From contig JANHCV010000007.1 in assembly GCA_025594325.1 (NCBI GenBank), forward strand, positions 1,302,001-1,366,000: DNA of 64,000 nt, read 5' to 3'. Origin of the DNA: Blastocladiella emersonii ATCC 22665. Lineage: Eukaryota; Fungi; Blastocladiomycota. Every line of letters begins with the position of its first letter. Positions within the stretch are counted from its first letter, which is position 1. Positions 35,443 to 45,145 of the stretch are shown piece after piece. The position numbers and the translations under genes were made by a program. The notes beneath the pieces were generated by a model. It saw only the letters and a program-made list of their open reading frames with translations, was not told the origin of the DNA and did no database searches.

Positions 35443-36055
35443 CGGTCGTTGCCGTAACCCGTCCCCTACCATTTGCACATTCTGTTGCTGTAGTTACCCT
35501 CCCTCCCTCCCCTCGTTCGGATGTGTCCTCTCCCTCCCTAGTAGTAGTTTCCGTTTTGTCCCTCGCTCTCTCTTGCTCGCTTGCTCGCCAATTGTAACGT
35601 TTCATATACCTCCCCCTCGCGTGCGACTCGCCAACGTGTGTCTCATTTCTCGTGAGCCGGTGGTGTTGCGCGAAGGTCAGCGGCCGGAACTCGGATCACG
35701 GCGGTCAAGCCGCGGCCACGGTTGCCGCGGGCGCCGCGGCGTCGCCACAGCTTGCGATCCGACTTCCGCGACATCTGGTGCTTTGCGACGCCGCTGTTTC
35801 CTGCTTGCGATGCACTCATGAACCCTGGGCGGTTCATGACACGGCCACCGTCGCGCGTACGCCGCGAGCGGGTTCGGGTCGGCCGGCTCGCTGACGCGCG
35901 TGGCCGTGGCCATGGCCGTGGCCATCGTCCCTCTGCTCGATAAATAGCAGCGGATCCCCCGCCCGCCCATCGAATGGTTCATCACCAACCACTTACACTA
36001 GACAATCTCCGACTTAGATCGGCCCGGCTGACGCATCACTCACACCATCACCACC

Positions 36056-36805
36056 ATGACCAACGCCTCGCTCGCGCTCCTCCTCGCCCTCGTCGCGTGC
36101 CTCGCGGCGTCGGCCACGGCCTTCGACATGCCCAAACCGACGGCGTTCATCAAGCTCGACAAGACGATCACGGTCAAGTCGGGCGAGGTGTTTGACGGCA
36201 AGGGCGCGCAGTTCGACTTCCGCGCCCCCGGCGCGTGCAAGGGCCAGAAGGAGACGTCGTCGGGCATGCTGTTCCAGGTGCTCCCCGGCGGCACGCTCAA
36301 GAACGCCATCATCGGGCCGAACCAGGCCGAGGGCGTGCACTGCGACCAGGGCGGGTGCACCATCCAGAATGTGTGGTGGGCCGACGTGTGCGAGGACGCG
36401 CTGTCGATCAAGGGCGAGAACAAGGCCGGGTCCCGCGTCATCGGGGGTGGCGCGACCGGCGCCCAGGACAAGGTGATTCAGCATAACGGCAAGGGGCACA
36501 TTCTGGTCGATGGTTTCCAGACGCTGAACGTCGGCAAGATGTACCGCAGCTGCGGGACGTGCGGCGCGGTCCAGCGGTCCGTGACGCTGCGCAACGTCAA
36601 GGCCGAGGGCAAGGCGCTGACGCTGGTCGGGATCAACCAGCAGAACAAGGACGTGGCCACGTTCGAGGGCTCCATCACGGTCGGCGCCGGCGTCAAGGAT
36701 ATCTGCGAGACCTTCACGCGCGAGGGCAAGAAGGAGCCCAAGAAGGTGTCGACGGGGCCCGGGTTCGGGTGCAACTTTACCGCGTCGCAGGTCAAACGCG
36801 TCTAG
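36056..36805 (+). CDS. Secreted pectate lyase, polysaccharide lyase family 3, intronless
   Basis: Signal peptide MTNASLALLLALVACLAASATA. PL3 motifs FDG, LKNAIIGPNQAEGVHC, NVWWADVCEDALSIK, DKVIQHNG, GKMYRSCGTC, LVGIN. Confidence 0.92.
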   Translation: MTNASLALLLALVACLAASATAFDMPKPTAFIKLDKTITVKSGEVFDGKGAQFDFRAPGACKGQKETSSGMLFQVLPGGTLKNAIIGPNQAEGVHCDQGGCTIQNVWWADVCEDALSIKGENKAGSRVIGGGATGAQDKVIQHNGKGHILVDGFQTLNVGKMYRSCGTCGAVQRSVTLRNVKAEGKALTLVGINQQNKDVATFEGSITVGAGVKDICETFTREGKKEPKKVSTGPGFGCNFTASQVKRV

Positions 36806-36908
36806 TCGCGTCGTGTTGACTTGCTGCTGAAAGAGATGTTCGATGGAGGAGGAGCAAGATAAGATATCACATTTTTGGCATGTACACACACACGTCTCAT
36901 TGCGTCCG

Positions 36909-37874
36909 TCAGAAGCAGCAGAACAGCGCCGAGAAAGCACACGCGTTGCAGCACCCGTCGCACCGCGGCCACGAGCCGCAACACGCGGCCCTCCCTCCTC
37001 GCCCCTGCCCCCGTACGTCACGGCCGACCTTTTCCCCGCGGTCATCGAGCAGCATCTCGGTGCGCCCGATCGTGGAAACGGGCGGCTCCGCTTCCGCCGT
37101 CGGCGGGACCAGCGTCCGACTCGACTCGGCGCTCTGCAGCGCGCGCAGGAGCTGCAGCTGCGCGTGCGTCCACGTCCGTAGCGGCTCGACGGCGTCCGCA
37201 GGCACCTGCACGGCGCGTGGCGGCGCCGCCGGATCAATCGACGCGGTCGTATCGTCGAGCGCCAGCGCGTCGCTCCCCGGCAGCTCGTAGAACGCGACGA
37301 CGCCGAGCCGGAGCGCCGGCGGCGGCAGTGGGCGCCGCGACACGCTCGCGTGGCGCATCAGCGACGCTGGGTGTAGTGTTGCCGCGGACGGCGAGAGGAG
37401 CGGATCTGGTGCGCTTCCACCACCAGGCTGCATCGTCACGAAACCACCCGACGGCGACGTTGGTTGCAGGAAGACGTGCAGCCGTAACACGTCGGCGTCG
37501 ATATCCCTTTCGCGCGCGGCCCACACGCGGACGGCGGACGCGGGGACGCCGCGCATCGCGGCGGGCAGCGCGGCCGAGAGACCCGCGTGCGCGCCCGGCG
37601 ATACGAGGCGGAACGGGTGCAGCGGTGCCGGGTCGGACGGCAGGCACGACGGGTGCGGGTGGCCGAGCGTGTTGAGGTCCGGGACGGCCGTATGCGGTAG
37701 CGGCAGCGGCGAAGGTTCGGCTATCGTCGGTGCGGTAGTGTTTGGTGGTGGTGGCGACGATGAGGGTGCCGGTTCGGGCTCGTCGGCGAGCAGCAGCGGC
37801 GGCTCGGCAGCAGCAGCGTGGGCCGACATGGCCGGCGAGCCGGAAGGGTGACGAGCGGCAGCGGCGGGATGCAT
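36909..37874 (-). CDS. Orphan Pro/Ala-rich protein with Cys-rich C-terminus
   Basis: 321-aa ORF ending ACCGSWPRCDGCCNACAFSALFCCF. No family recognised. Confidence 0.45.
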   Translation of the reverse strand: MHPAAAARHPSGSPAMSAHAAAAEPPLLLADEPEPAPSSSPPPPNTTAPTIAEPSPLPLPHTAVPDLNTLGHPHPSCLPSDPAPLHPFRLVSPGAHAGLSAALPAAMRGVPASAVRVWAARERDIDADVLRLHVFLQPTSPSGGFVTMQPGGGSAPDPLLSPSAATLHPASLMRHASVSRRPLPPPALRLGVVAFYELPGSDALALDDTTASIDPAAPPRAVQVPADAVEPLRTWTHAQLQLLRALQSAESSRTLVPPTAEAEPPVSTIGRTEMLLDDRGEKVGRDVRGQGRGGRAACCGSWPRCDGCCNACAFSALFCCF

Positions 37875-38154
37875 CTAGTTACGTGGAGCAATACATTGCG
37901 GTATTCGGGCGGCGGGGGCGAGAGCGGGAGCGCAAAGGAAGGGCCCGAACAAGCCGGGGGACCGGCGAGCAGCGGCACACCGGACCGCTGAGGCTGAAAC
38001 AGACCGTGTGCGGCACGCGTTGACGAACCACGCGTCGCGTCGCGTCGCGTCGAGCAGCACGTTGAGAGAGAGAGACAGCGAGGTTGCAAATCACACAATG
38101 TATGAGGAATAGAGCAAGGTATCAAGGGGGGACAAAACCGGAGGCGAGCGCGCT

Positions 38155-40180
38155 TCACGAGGTCGGCTGAGCGAGGCAGTAGTAGTAGTACCACAAGATG
38201 AGGGCTGGATCGGCGGCCGCGGGCGCAGCGACAGGGCCCACGTCGTGCATCACGGTGTCGGTGTCGTGCTGCGCGAACGCCGCGCCATGGTGGTAGTCGG
38301 CGTCGGCGGCGGGCGGCGGGGAGCCGGTGCAGAGGTTGAGCGGGTCGTCGTCGCGCAGGCCGATCGTCGACTGCGTGGTGGCCATGGCGGAGCCCAAGGC
38401 GCCAGCGAAAGCCATGTCCGTGACGGGCGCCGCGGCCAGCGAGGTCACCGTGAACTCGGGCTGCGTCTGCGTGAGGTGGGTCGCGAAGGGCGAGACCGCG
38501 CTGGTGCCGTACACGTTGTTGTAGGACAGGAACTGGTCGAAGTAGGCGTTTTCGACGGCCATCTGCTTGCGGTCATGATGACCAATCGTAGCGCCCGAGT
38601 CGTCGTCGCCGTGGCCGAGGTCCTGCTGCATCGCGTCGTTGTCAGTCGCGCCAGCAGAAGCCGACAGGAACACGTCCGGACCGCCCGCGCTCAAGAAAAG
38701 CGCGGGAGGCTCCGTCTGGGTCTGCGCGAGATGGACCGAGGTCGCGGGCCACCCGGTCGCGCCACCGACGCTGCTGTACGGGATGTGGCCGTCGTGGAGC
38801 GTGGTGGCGGGCGTGGCGGGCATCGGCATGACGGGCATCGGCATGGCGGGCATCGGCGCGACGGGCGTCGACATGACGGCGTGCATCGGCATGAAGGGCA
38901 TCGGCGCGATGGGCATCGGCGTGGTGGGCATCGGCATGACGGGCATCGGCGCGACGTGAGAAGCCCAAGCGTGCCCACGGCCGAGCTCAGCAGAAAGCGT
39001 GTGCGCCGCCAGCGCGTTGGTGGGCGCGGCGAGCATCGGCGACGAGTCGTAGGACACGGAAGCGTGACCATAGCCGAGCGAAGCCGGAGCCGAGGCCGTC
39101 GTTGGCGCGTACGCGTAGGCCGGCGCAGCGACAGGTGCGGGCGGCGCCGCCTCGGCGTCAGGGCGCGGCCCATCCATGGCCGGAGGCGCCTCGAGCGTGT
39201 CCAAGTCAGAATCGTCAAGAAGGGCGGCAACCTCGGCAGCCAGCTCGGGACCCAAATGCCCAGCGCGATGGACAGCGGGGGCAGCGACGTGAGCAGCGGC
39301 CGGCGCGGGCATAGACCCGGACGCGGTTGCAGCCGCCGCGGCAGGCTCGGCCGGTGCGCCGGCGAACAGGGGCGCGACGTCCACGTCAAAGTCGACGAGG
39401 AACTTGGCCTTGGGCTCGCCGTTGAGGTGGTTGACGAAGCGACGCGCGAGCTGCTGCTCCGCGGGCTCCTGCATGGGCTCACCGGTCGCGACGGGCGGGT
39501 CGGCGGGCGGGTCGGCGGGCGGGCCGATGAGCGCGGTGATGCGCAAGCGCGCCGCCGGGTCGTTTCGCGCGAGAAGGCGGAAGTAGGCGAACTGGCAGCA
39601 CCACTGCGCGTAGACGTGACGCCAGTGGTGATGAATGTCCTCCGCGCTACGGGTGAGCGGGCAGCAGGTCAGTCTATTGTGCGGGGAGGAGAGCGCGCAA
39701 GAAGTACACGTACTGGCCCGAGTGGTAAAATGTGCCACACGGCCTGTTGTCCAAAAGAAAGAACTGGCCGGGGCAGCGGAACTGGTACTTAAACACCACG
39801 TGCTTGACGAGGTGCGTGCGGATGGCCGTGATGATCTCGGAGGTGCTGCGCGCGAGCTTCTCCTCGCGCTGGTGGCAGAGGGGGCAGGTGAAGTCCACAA
39901 TGTCGTGCTCGCCGCACCACTGGTCGTCGTGTTCCACCTGCGGGCCCTTCTGCTTGAACCGGCCGCTGGCTACGCCCGCGCGGTACTCCTCGAGCGTGAA
40001 CGACTGGCGCCGGTAGAAGACTTTTGGGTCGGCGAGGAAGCCATCGAGCACGGCGTCGTCGGGCGTGAACTTGAGCTTCTCGGCGGCCCTTGAGCCGAGG
40101 CGGGCGCAGACCTCGTCGACGTATTCGCGGGTCACGTCGTCCTGGGCGAACTGGATGAAGTCGAGGGGCGGCTCGGCCAT
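38155..40180 (-). CDS. Atypical two-finger C2H2-like protein A with low-complexity acidic/Pro/Met tail (intron 39647-39713)
   Basis: Finger 1 CPLC-x20-HLVKH. After splicing (phase-2 GTACGT..GTAG), finger 2 reads CPG-x9-C...HHHWRH. Paralogous to 40661-42028. Confidence 0.72.
38818..38955 (-). repeat. About 9 copies of a 15-bp coding unit (GGGCATCGGCnnnnn on +) encoding PMPxx pentapeptides
   Basis: Directly visible periodicity. Translation APMPVMPMPTTPMPIAPMPFMPM. Confidence 0.85.
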
Positions 40181-40316
40181 GGTGCGTGTGCTTGGTTGTG
40201 TTGGGGAGAGAGCGAGAGGGGAGGCGGGGCGGGCGGCGAGCGGGTTTTGTGCGCCCAGTTGCGGTCGCGGTTCTACTCCGGGGGCCCACGCATTCCGCCA
40301 CTCGCGCGCCCTCGAA

Positions 40317-40448
40317 CGCGTCGCCGTCGCTTGCCCTCGGCAGAACCTTACCGTAGCACGCGCGTCGCCGTCGCTCGCCCTCCGCAGAACCTTACCGTAG
40401 CACACGCGTCGCCGTCCCTCGCCCTCCGCAGAACCTTACCGTAGCACA
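40317..40448 (+). repeat. Three near-identical head-to-tail 44-bp units upstream of zinc-finger gene A
   Basis: CGCGTCGCCGTCGCTCGCCCTCCGCAGAACCTTACCGTAGCACA at 40317, 40361 and 40405, with 1-3 substitutions per copy and no spacers. Confidence 0.95.
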
Positions 40449-40660
40449 GCGAAAGCGAGTCGAACTCGGTGCGTGGAGGAGGGACCCCATCGCTGCTCGA
40501 CGGAGGGTCCCTCCCGATCGACTCGAAAGCCGCGGGGCTCTCGCGTGACAGCTTCCGATGGCAGGCACGAGCGAGTTGAAGGAACAGCTTTTTTTTGCGC
40601 GTGTATGCGGGTATGCGATTACAAAACTGAGGGGAATACAACTCTCGGCGACCATGGCCA

Positions 40661-42028
40661 TCACCAGCGCGACGCGACGAGCGCCAGCGGGTCGTCGAAC
40701 GGGCCCGCGACGCCGCCAAAGTTGATGAGCTCGTCCATCGTGACCGGATCGTGCACGGACGACGGCACGCCACCAAGGTCGAGGGCGGGCGCGCTCACGC
40801 CCATGGCGGGCAGCGGCGGCATCTCGAGCGGGGTTGCGGGAGCGAACGAGGCGATGAGCGCGTCGAGATCGAGCTCGAGCTCAAAGTCGAACGACTGCTG
40901 CGTCGCGCCCGTGTTGAAGCCGCCGGCGTACGCGAACGGCGGGAGAAGGCCCATGCCGAGATCCATGGCCGCGAAGTCGGGCGCGAAGCCCATGCCGCCG
41001 AACTCGGGCTGCGTCTGCACGAGGTCCGGCGCCGCGAAGCTCGCCTCGGCCGCGGACGGCGAGATCACGTCCCACACCGGGTCCGCGAGGAGCGCGTCGA
41101 CCTCGGCCATTACGGACGGCGCCTCGGACGCGGCGCGCGGGATCGCGTCGACGGCGGGGTTGCGCATGGGCGCCTCGACCGGGAGGTCGGCGCACGCAGC
41201 CGGCGCGGTGGCGAACAGGTGCGCGACGTCCACGTCAAAGTCGATGTGGTGCTTGGTCTTTGGGTCGTTGTTGAGGCAGTCGGCAAAGTGGCGCGCGAGC
41301 TGCGCCGCGGGCATGGCCTCGAGCTCGGGGATGGTGCCCGTCGAGCCGCGCGTGACGATGCGCTCAATGACGCGCGTGCGCACGGCCACGTCGTGCTCGG
41401 CGAGCGCCTTGAAGTAGGACAGGATGCAGTTGTGCTGGCGCAGGACGTGGTACCAGTGGTGGCGGATACCGTCCGAGCTACGATGGGGTGAACAGTACAA
41501 CCGTCAGTTCGCCGTCGAGCACGAACGCGATCGAAGGGCAACGTACTCGTTGGTGTGCAGCAGGGTAGCGCACCGCTTCCCGTCGACGGGGTGCGTCTTG
41601 CCGGGGCAGCAGAACATGTTGGCGAAGAGGCCGTGGGTGCCGATGTGGGCGCGGACGGCGGCTCGAGCCTCGGACGGCGCGCTGCGCTTGCGCACAAACT
41701 GCACGACGGCCGCGGCGCACACGGGGCACTGGAACCGCAGCGTGTAGCGCAGCGCGCACCACGCGGCGTCGCGCTGCTCCTTCCGGGCCTTCTGCTTGAC
41801 CTGGTCCGACCGCGCCTCGGCCAGCGTCGTCGGCGTCAGCGCGTAGTCGACCTTGGGCGACGCGAGGAAGGCGTCGACGAGCGGCAGCGCCGGGTTGCAC
41901 TTGAGCTTGGCCTTGACCTGCGCCGCCGACAGGATCAGGCTGAGCGCGTCGACGTGCGCGCGCGTCACGTCGCCCGCGTTGAACTTGACCGTCTCGCGGA
42001 TCGACTGCTGCTGCTTCTTCTGCGACAT
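40661..42028 (-). CDS. Atypical two-finger C2H2-like protein B, tandem paralogue of gene A (intron 41478-41546)
   Basis: Finger 1 CPVC-x23-HIGTH and finger 2 CPG-x9-C...RHHWYH. Same intron position and phase as gene A. Shared DVTR, FLA.PKV, QLAR.F...L..(D/E)PK.K..DFDVDVA.LF and QTQPEF motifs. Confidence 0.72.
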
Positions 42029-42370
42029 GGCGGGTATGCGATGCGAGAGGGGGGTATGATACGCGGTGGTGATGGGGGAGAGTTGTACTGTCGCGGGGGG
42101 AGCGGGCGGCTTTTGGAGTGTCGGTGCGGTGCCGTGTTCACCGCCGGCCTCGCCCGAGTGCGGTGCACCGCCTTCTTCGCACCGAACACAACCCCATCCT
42201 CGAAGGTGGCGTTTCCTTCGCGTCCGCACCCGCGTCTGCGCCGCAATCCTCATCCCGCGACGCGTCTCGGATGAGATGGCTGGGACTCAGATCGCGTCCA
42301 TTTGCTGTGTACTGTTCAAGAAACCCCCATTCTCTTAACTGGATCGCATCCAGCCTTGCCCCAACACACC

Positions 42371-44931
42371 TCACCCCGCGACCGCCGCCGCCGCGAGCGT
42401 CGCCGTGACAAACGGCTGGCGCAGGGTCTCGAGCGGGGGCATCGCCGCGCCGCCGTCGCTAAGTACGGCCGCGATCGCCTCGCTGTCCTCGTCCGCTGCC
42501 GCCGTAGCCGCCCACTGCGCGATCCGCGCGCGGCCCTGTGCCCCGCCGAGCGCGTGGACCAGCTCGCACAGCAGCGCGACGTGGTGCGACTTGGCCGACG
42601 GGAACATGGACTCGACCATGAGCTGCACCGTGAACGCCGCGTCGAGCCCGGGCTGCGGCACCGCGTCGGCCCGCGCGAGCTTGTCGAAGAGCGCCGTCGG
42701 CCCGCCGAGGACTGTCGCGATGAAGCTTGCGGCCGTGTGTACCGCGCGAACGACGAGACGCTCGGCGTGGTCGGCGGCGGCGGACGGCGAGTCGAGGCTG
42801 GTGAGCGTCGGGCACGCGCAGTGGTCAATGTCGAGGCGGCCGTCGGGGTACACCTAGTCGAGTCGTGCGCGGGTTAGCGATTTGCCTTCTCACGCAGAGC
42901 GAGTGAGTGCACCATGACGGACTCGATCCCGATCGCCTCGGGCGGCACCGCAAACGCGGCCAGCGCCTCGGCGAGCGCGAGCACCGCGCGCGTCACGTAC
43001 AGGAACGCGTCGTCGACGGCCTGCTCCGGCACGTGGCCCGCCGCGTACACGCGCGCGATCTCGGCGAGCGACTGCGCGCCGGTCCGCGGCGGCTGCAGGA
43101 CGGCGATCGGCTGGCCGTGCTTCGCATGGTGCACGGGATCGTCGAGCCAGACACCCGCCACGGGGAGGACGCGGAGCAGGCGCGCGAGCGAGGCAGACGG
43201 CGATGCCGCGCGGTGTTGGTGCGACCGGCGCCACACCACGGCGTGCCCGTCGAGCGCCGCCGCGAGCTCGGGCGACGACGCGCGAAGCCCGGTGGCCGTG
43301 TGCCGGCATGCCACCGTCGGCTTGGTGGTCAGCGGCGTGCCAGCGGACGCGACCAGGACCGTGAGGCGCGCGGGGTCGAGCGTCGGCGGGAACCAGTGCG
43401 ACGTGCTCGCCACGTACGACTGGTGCGCGATCACGACGGGGAGGCCGTGCTCGGCCGCGAGGTGCAGCCACGGGGCCAGCGTGTCGCCGTGCGACAGGAA
43501 TGACGGTGAGACCGTGCGCGGGGCCGCGGCGGCGAGCTGGTTGAGCGACCCGACGCCCGAGTCGATGCGGTGCACGGCGGCGGCCGACGTCGACCGCTTG
43601 ATCTCGTCCTCCCACGCGTCGGAGACGGCAAAGACCGAGCTCGGCGACGCGAGGCCGCTCATGTCCTGGCGGTACCGCTGTTGCTGCGGGAACGACTGTT
43701 GAACTGGCTGCTGCTGCTGCTGCACGGGCGCCGGCGGCAGTGCGCGCCCGGGCTGCGCGGGCTGGCCTTGAGACAGGACGGCGGCCGCCGAGAGCGGGTG
43801 GAGGAAGCGGGTGTGCTGGGCGAGGAACTTGATGGTATCTTCGGCGCCGCACATGACCGAGTCGACGCCGCCCTTGAACGTGAGCTCGGGCCCGAGCTCG
43901 ACGGGGGCGGCCGAGGGCGTGGCGAACTCGATGCCCGCGGCGTCGAGGACGACGTAGTCGGGGACCGGGTTGATGATGAACTCGTAGAACACGGCGCCGC
44001 GGTACAGCTCGTGGGTCGACCCGTTGTACTGGAGGCGCGGGAGGTACATGATGCTGGACCGCACCAGATCGCGATGGGTGGGCGGGAACCGGCGCGCGTC
44101 GTTCTTGCCGGGGCGCTCGTCGATGGCACAGTACACGTTGGACAGGTCCTGCTGCAGCTTGGTCCCGGCGACCCGCCGTTTCTGCGACCCGAGCATGCGC
44201 AGGCCGTTGTACCCGCTGTCGACGATGCGCGACCAGTCGCGCTGGTCGTTGGCGCACGGCGCCGACGCCTCGATGTCGCCGTACCGCGTGCGCAGGCTGT
44301 GCAGGATGCGCGCGTGGATGAACCGCGCCGCCGCCGCGTTGACGACCAGCCCAAAGAAGTTGATGTGCTGGTTGTCGCGGTCACCGCGCTTCATGGCCGC
44401 CACCGACTGCGCGCGCAGGGCGTCGCGCGGCGCGTTGGGCGGCAGCGCGCTCCACACGGCGTTGCGGACAAGCCGACGCAGCTCGGCCGGGTGCGGGCGC
44501 AGGTGCTCGTCGTTGAAATCGATATCGATGTGGAAGTGGAACTTGGCGTGCGGGTCGCGCGTGTCGATGCGCTCGCACAGGTCCACAATGTCGTACGCGA
44601 GCCCCGGGTCAATGGACTCGCCCGCGGCGGCGGCGTCGAGCGCTGCCGCGTCGCTGCTGCTGCTCGGGGTCCCCGACCGGCCCGCCGCCAGGATCGCCGC
44701 CTTGCGGTAAAAGTCGGCGAGGTCGCGCAAAAAGTCGGTGTCGTAGGTGCACAGGTCCGCGTACACCTTGCCGCCGTGCAGCCCGTTGAGCGACGTGTGC
44801 GTGATGGGCCGGTCCGGGTCGTCGATGCGGCACACGCGCGCAATGAACCGCGGCGGCCGCTTCGGCGGCGCCCTGGTCGTCGTCGCGGGCAGCGGGTTGG
44901 GTTGCATCAGGTCGGTCATCGTTGATTCCAT
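42371..44931 (-). CDS. Archaeo-eukaryotic primase/polymerase (NCLDV C962R/D5-N-like AEP) fused to a C-terminal pseudokinase-like domain; 2 exons (intron 42854-42912), about 830 aa
   Basis: AEP motifs: THTSLNGLHGGK, CE, motif I FHIDIDF, motif II QHINF.GLVV, motif III DWSRIVDSGYNGLRMLGSQK. After a Q-rich linker come kinase-like elements: VACRHTATG, GQPIAVLQP...SLAEI...PEQAV, spliced ESVMVYPDGRLDID. Intron GTGCAC..GCTAAC..ACTAG is in frame. Confidence 0.75.
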
Positions 44932-45145
44932 TTGCGGGGGGTATGTATGATGATGAGGGTGAGGGGAGAGGGAGCGGGGACGGGGACGGGCGGGAGCTTG
45001 GGTCCAAGCGGCGGCCGCCCGTCCACGTCGCGCTCAGCTCGTCACATGGCACCGCGTCGTGTTCGCGTTCGCCAGCCGCATCAGCGAGCCCATCAATATC
45101 CGCCCCGCATGCCGCAAAAACACACTTGGCGTGGTCTATCATCTA

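Noticed and set aside
40317-40448. 44-bp repeats as a CRISPR-like array
   Set aside because: The units are contiguous with no unique spacers, the context is eukaryotic, and there are no cas genes.
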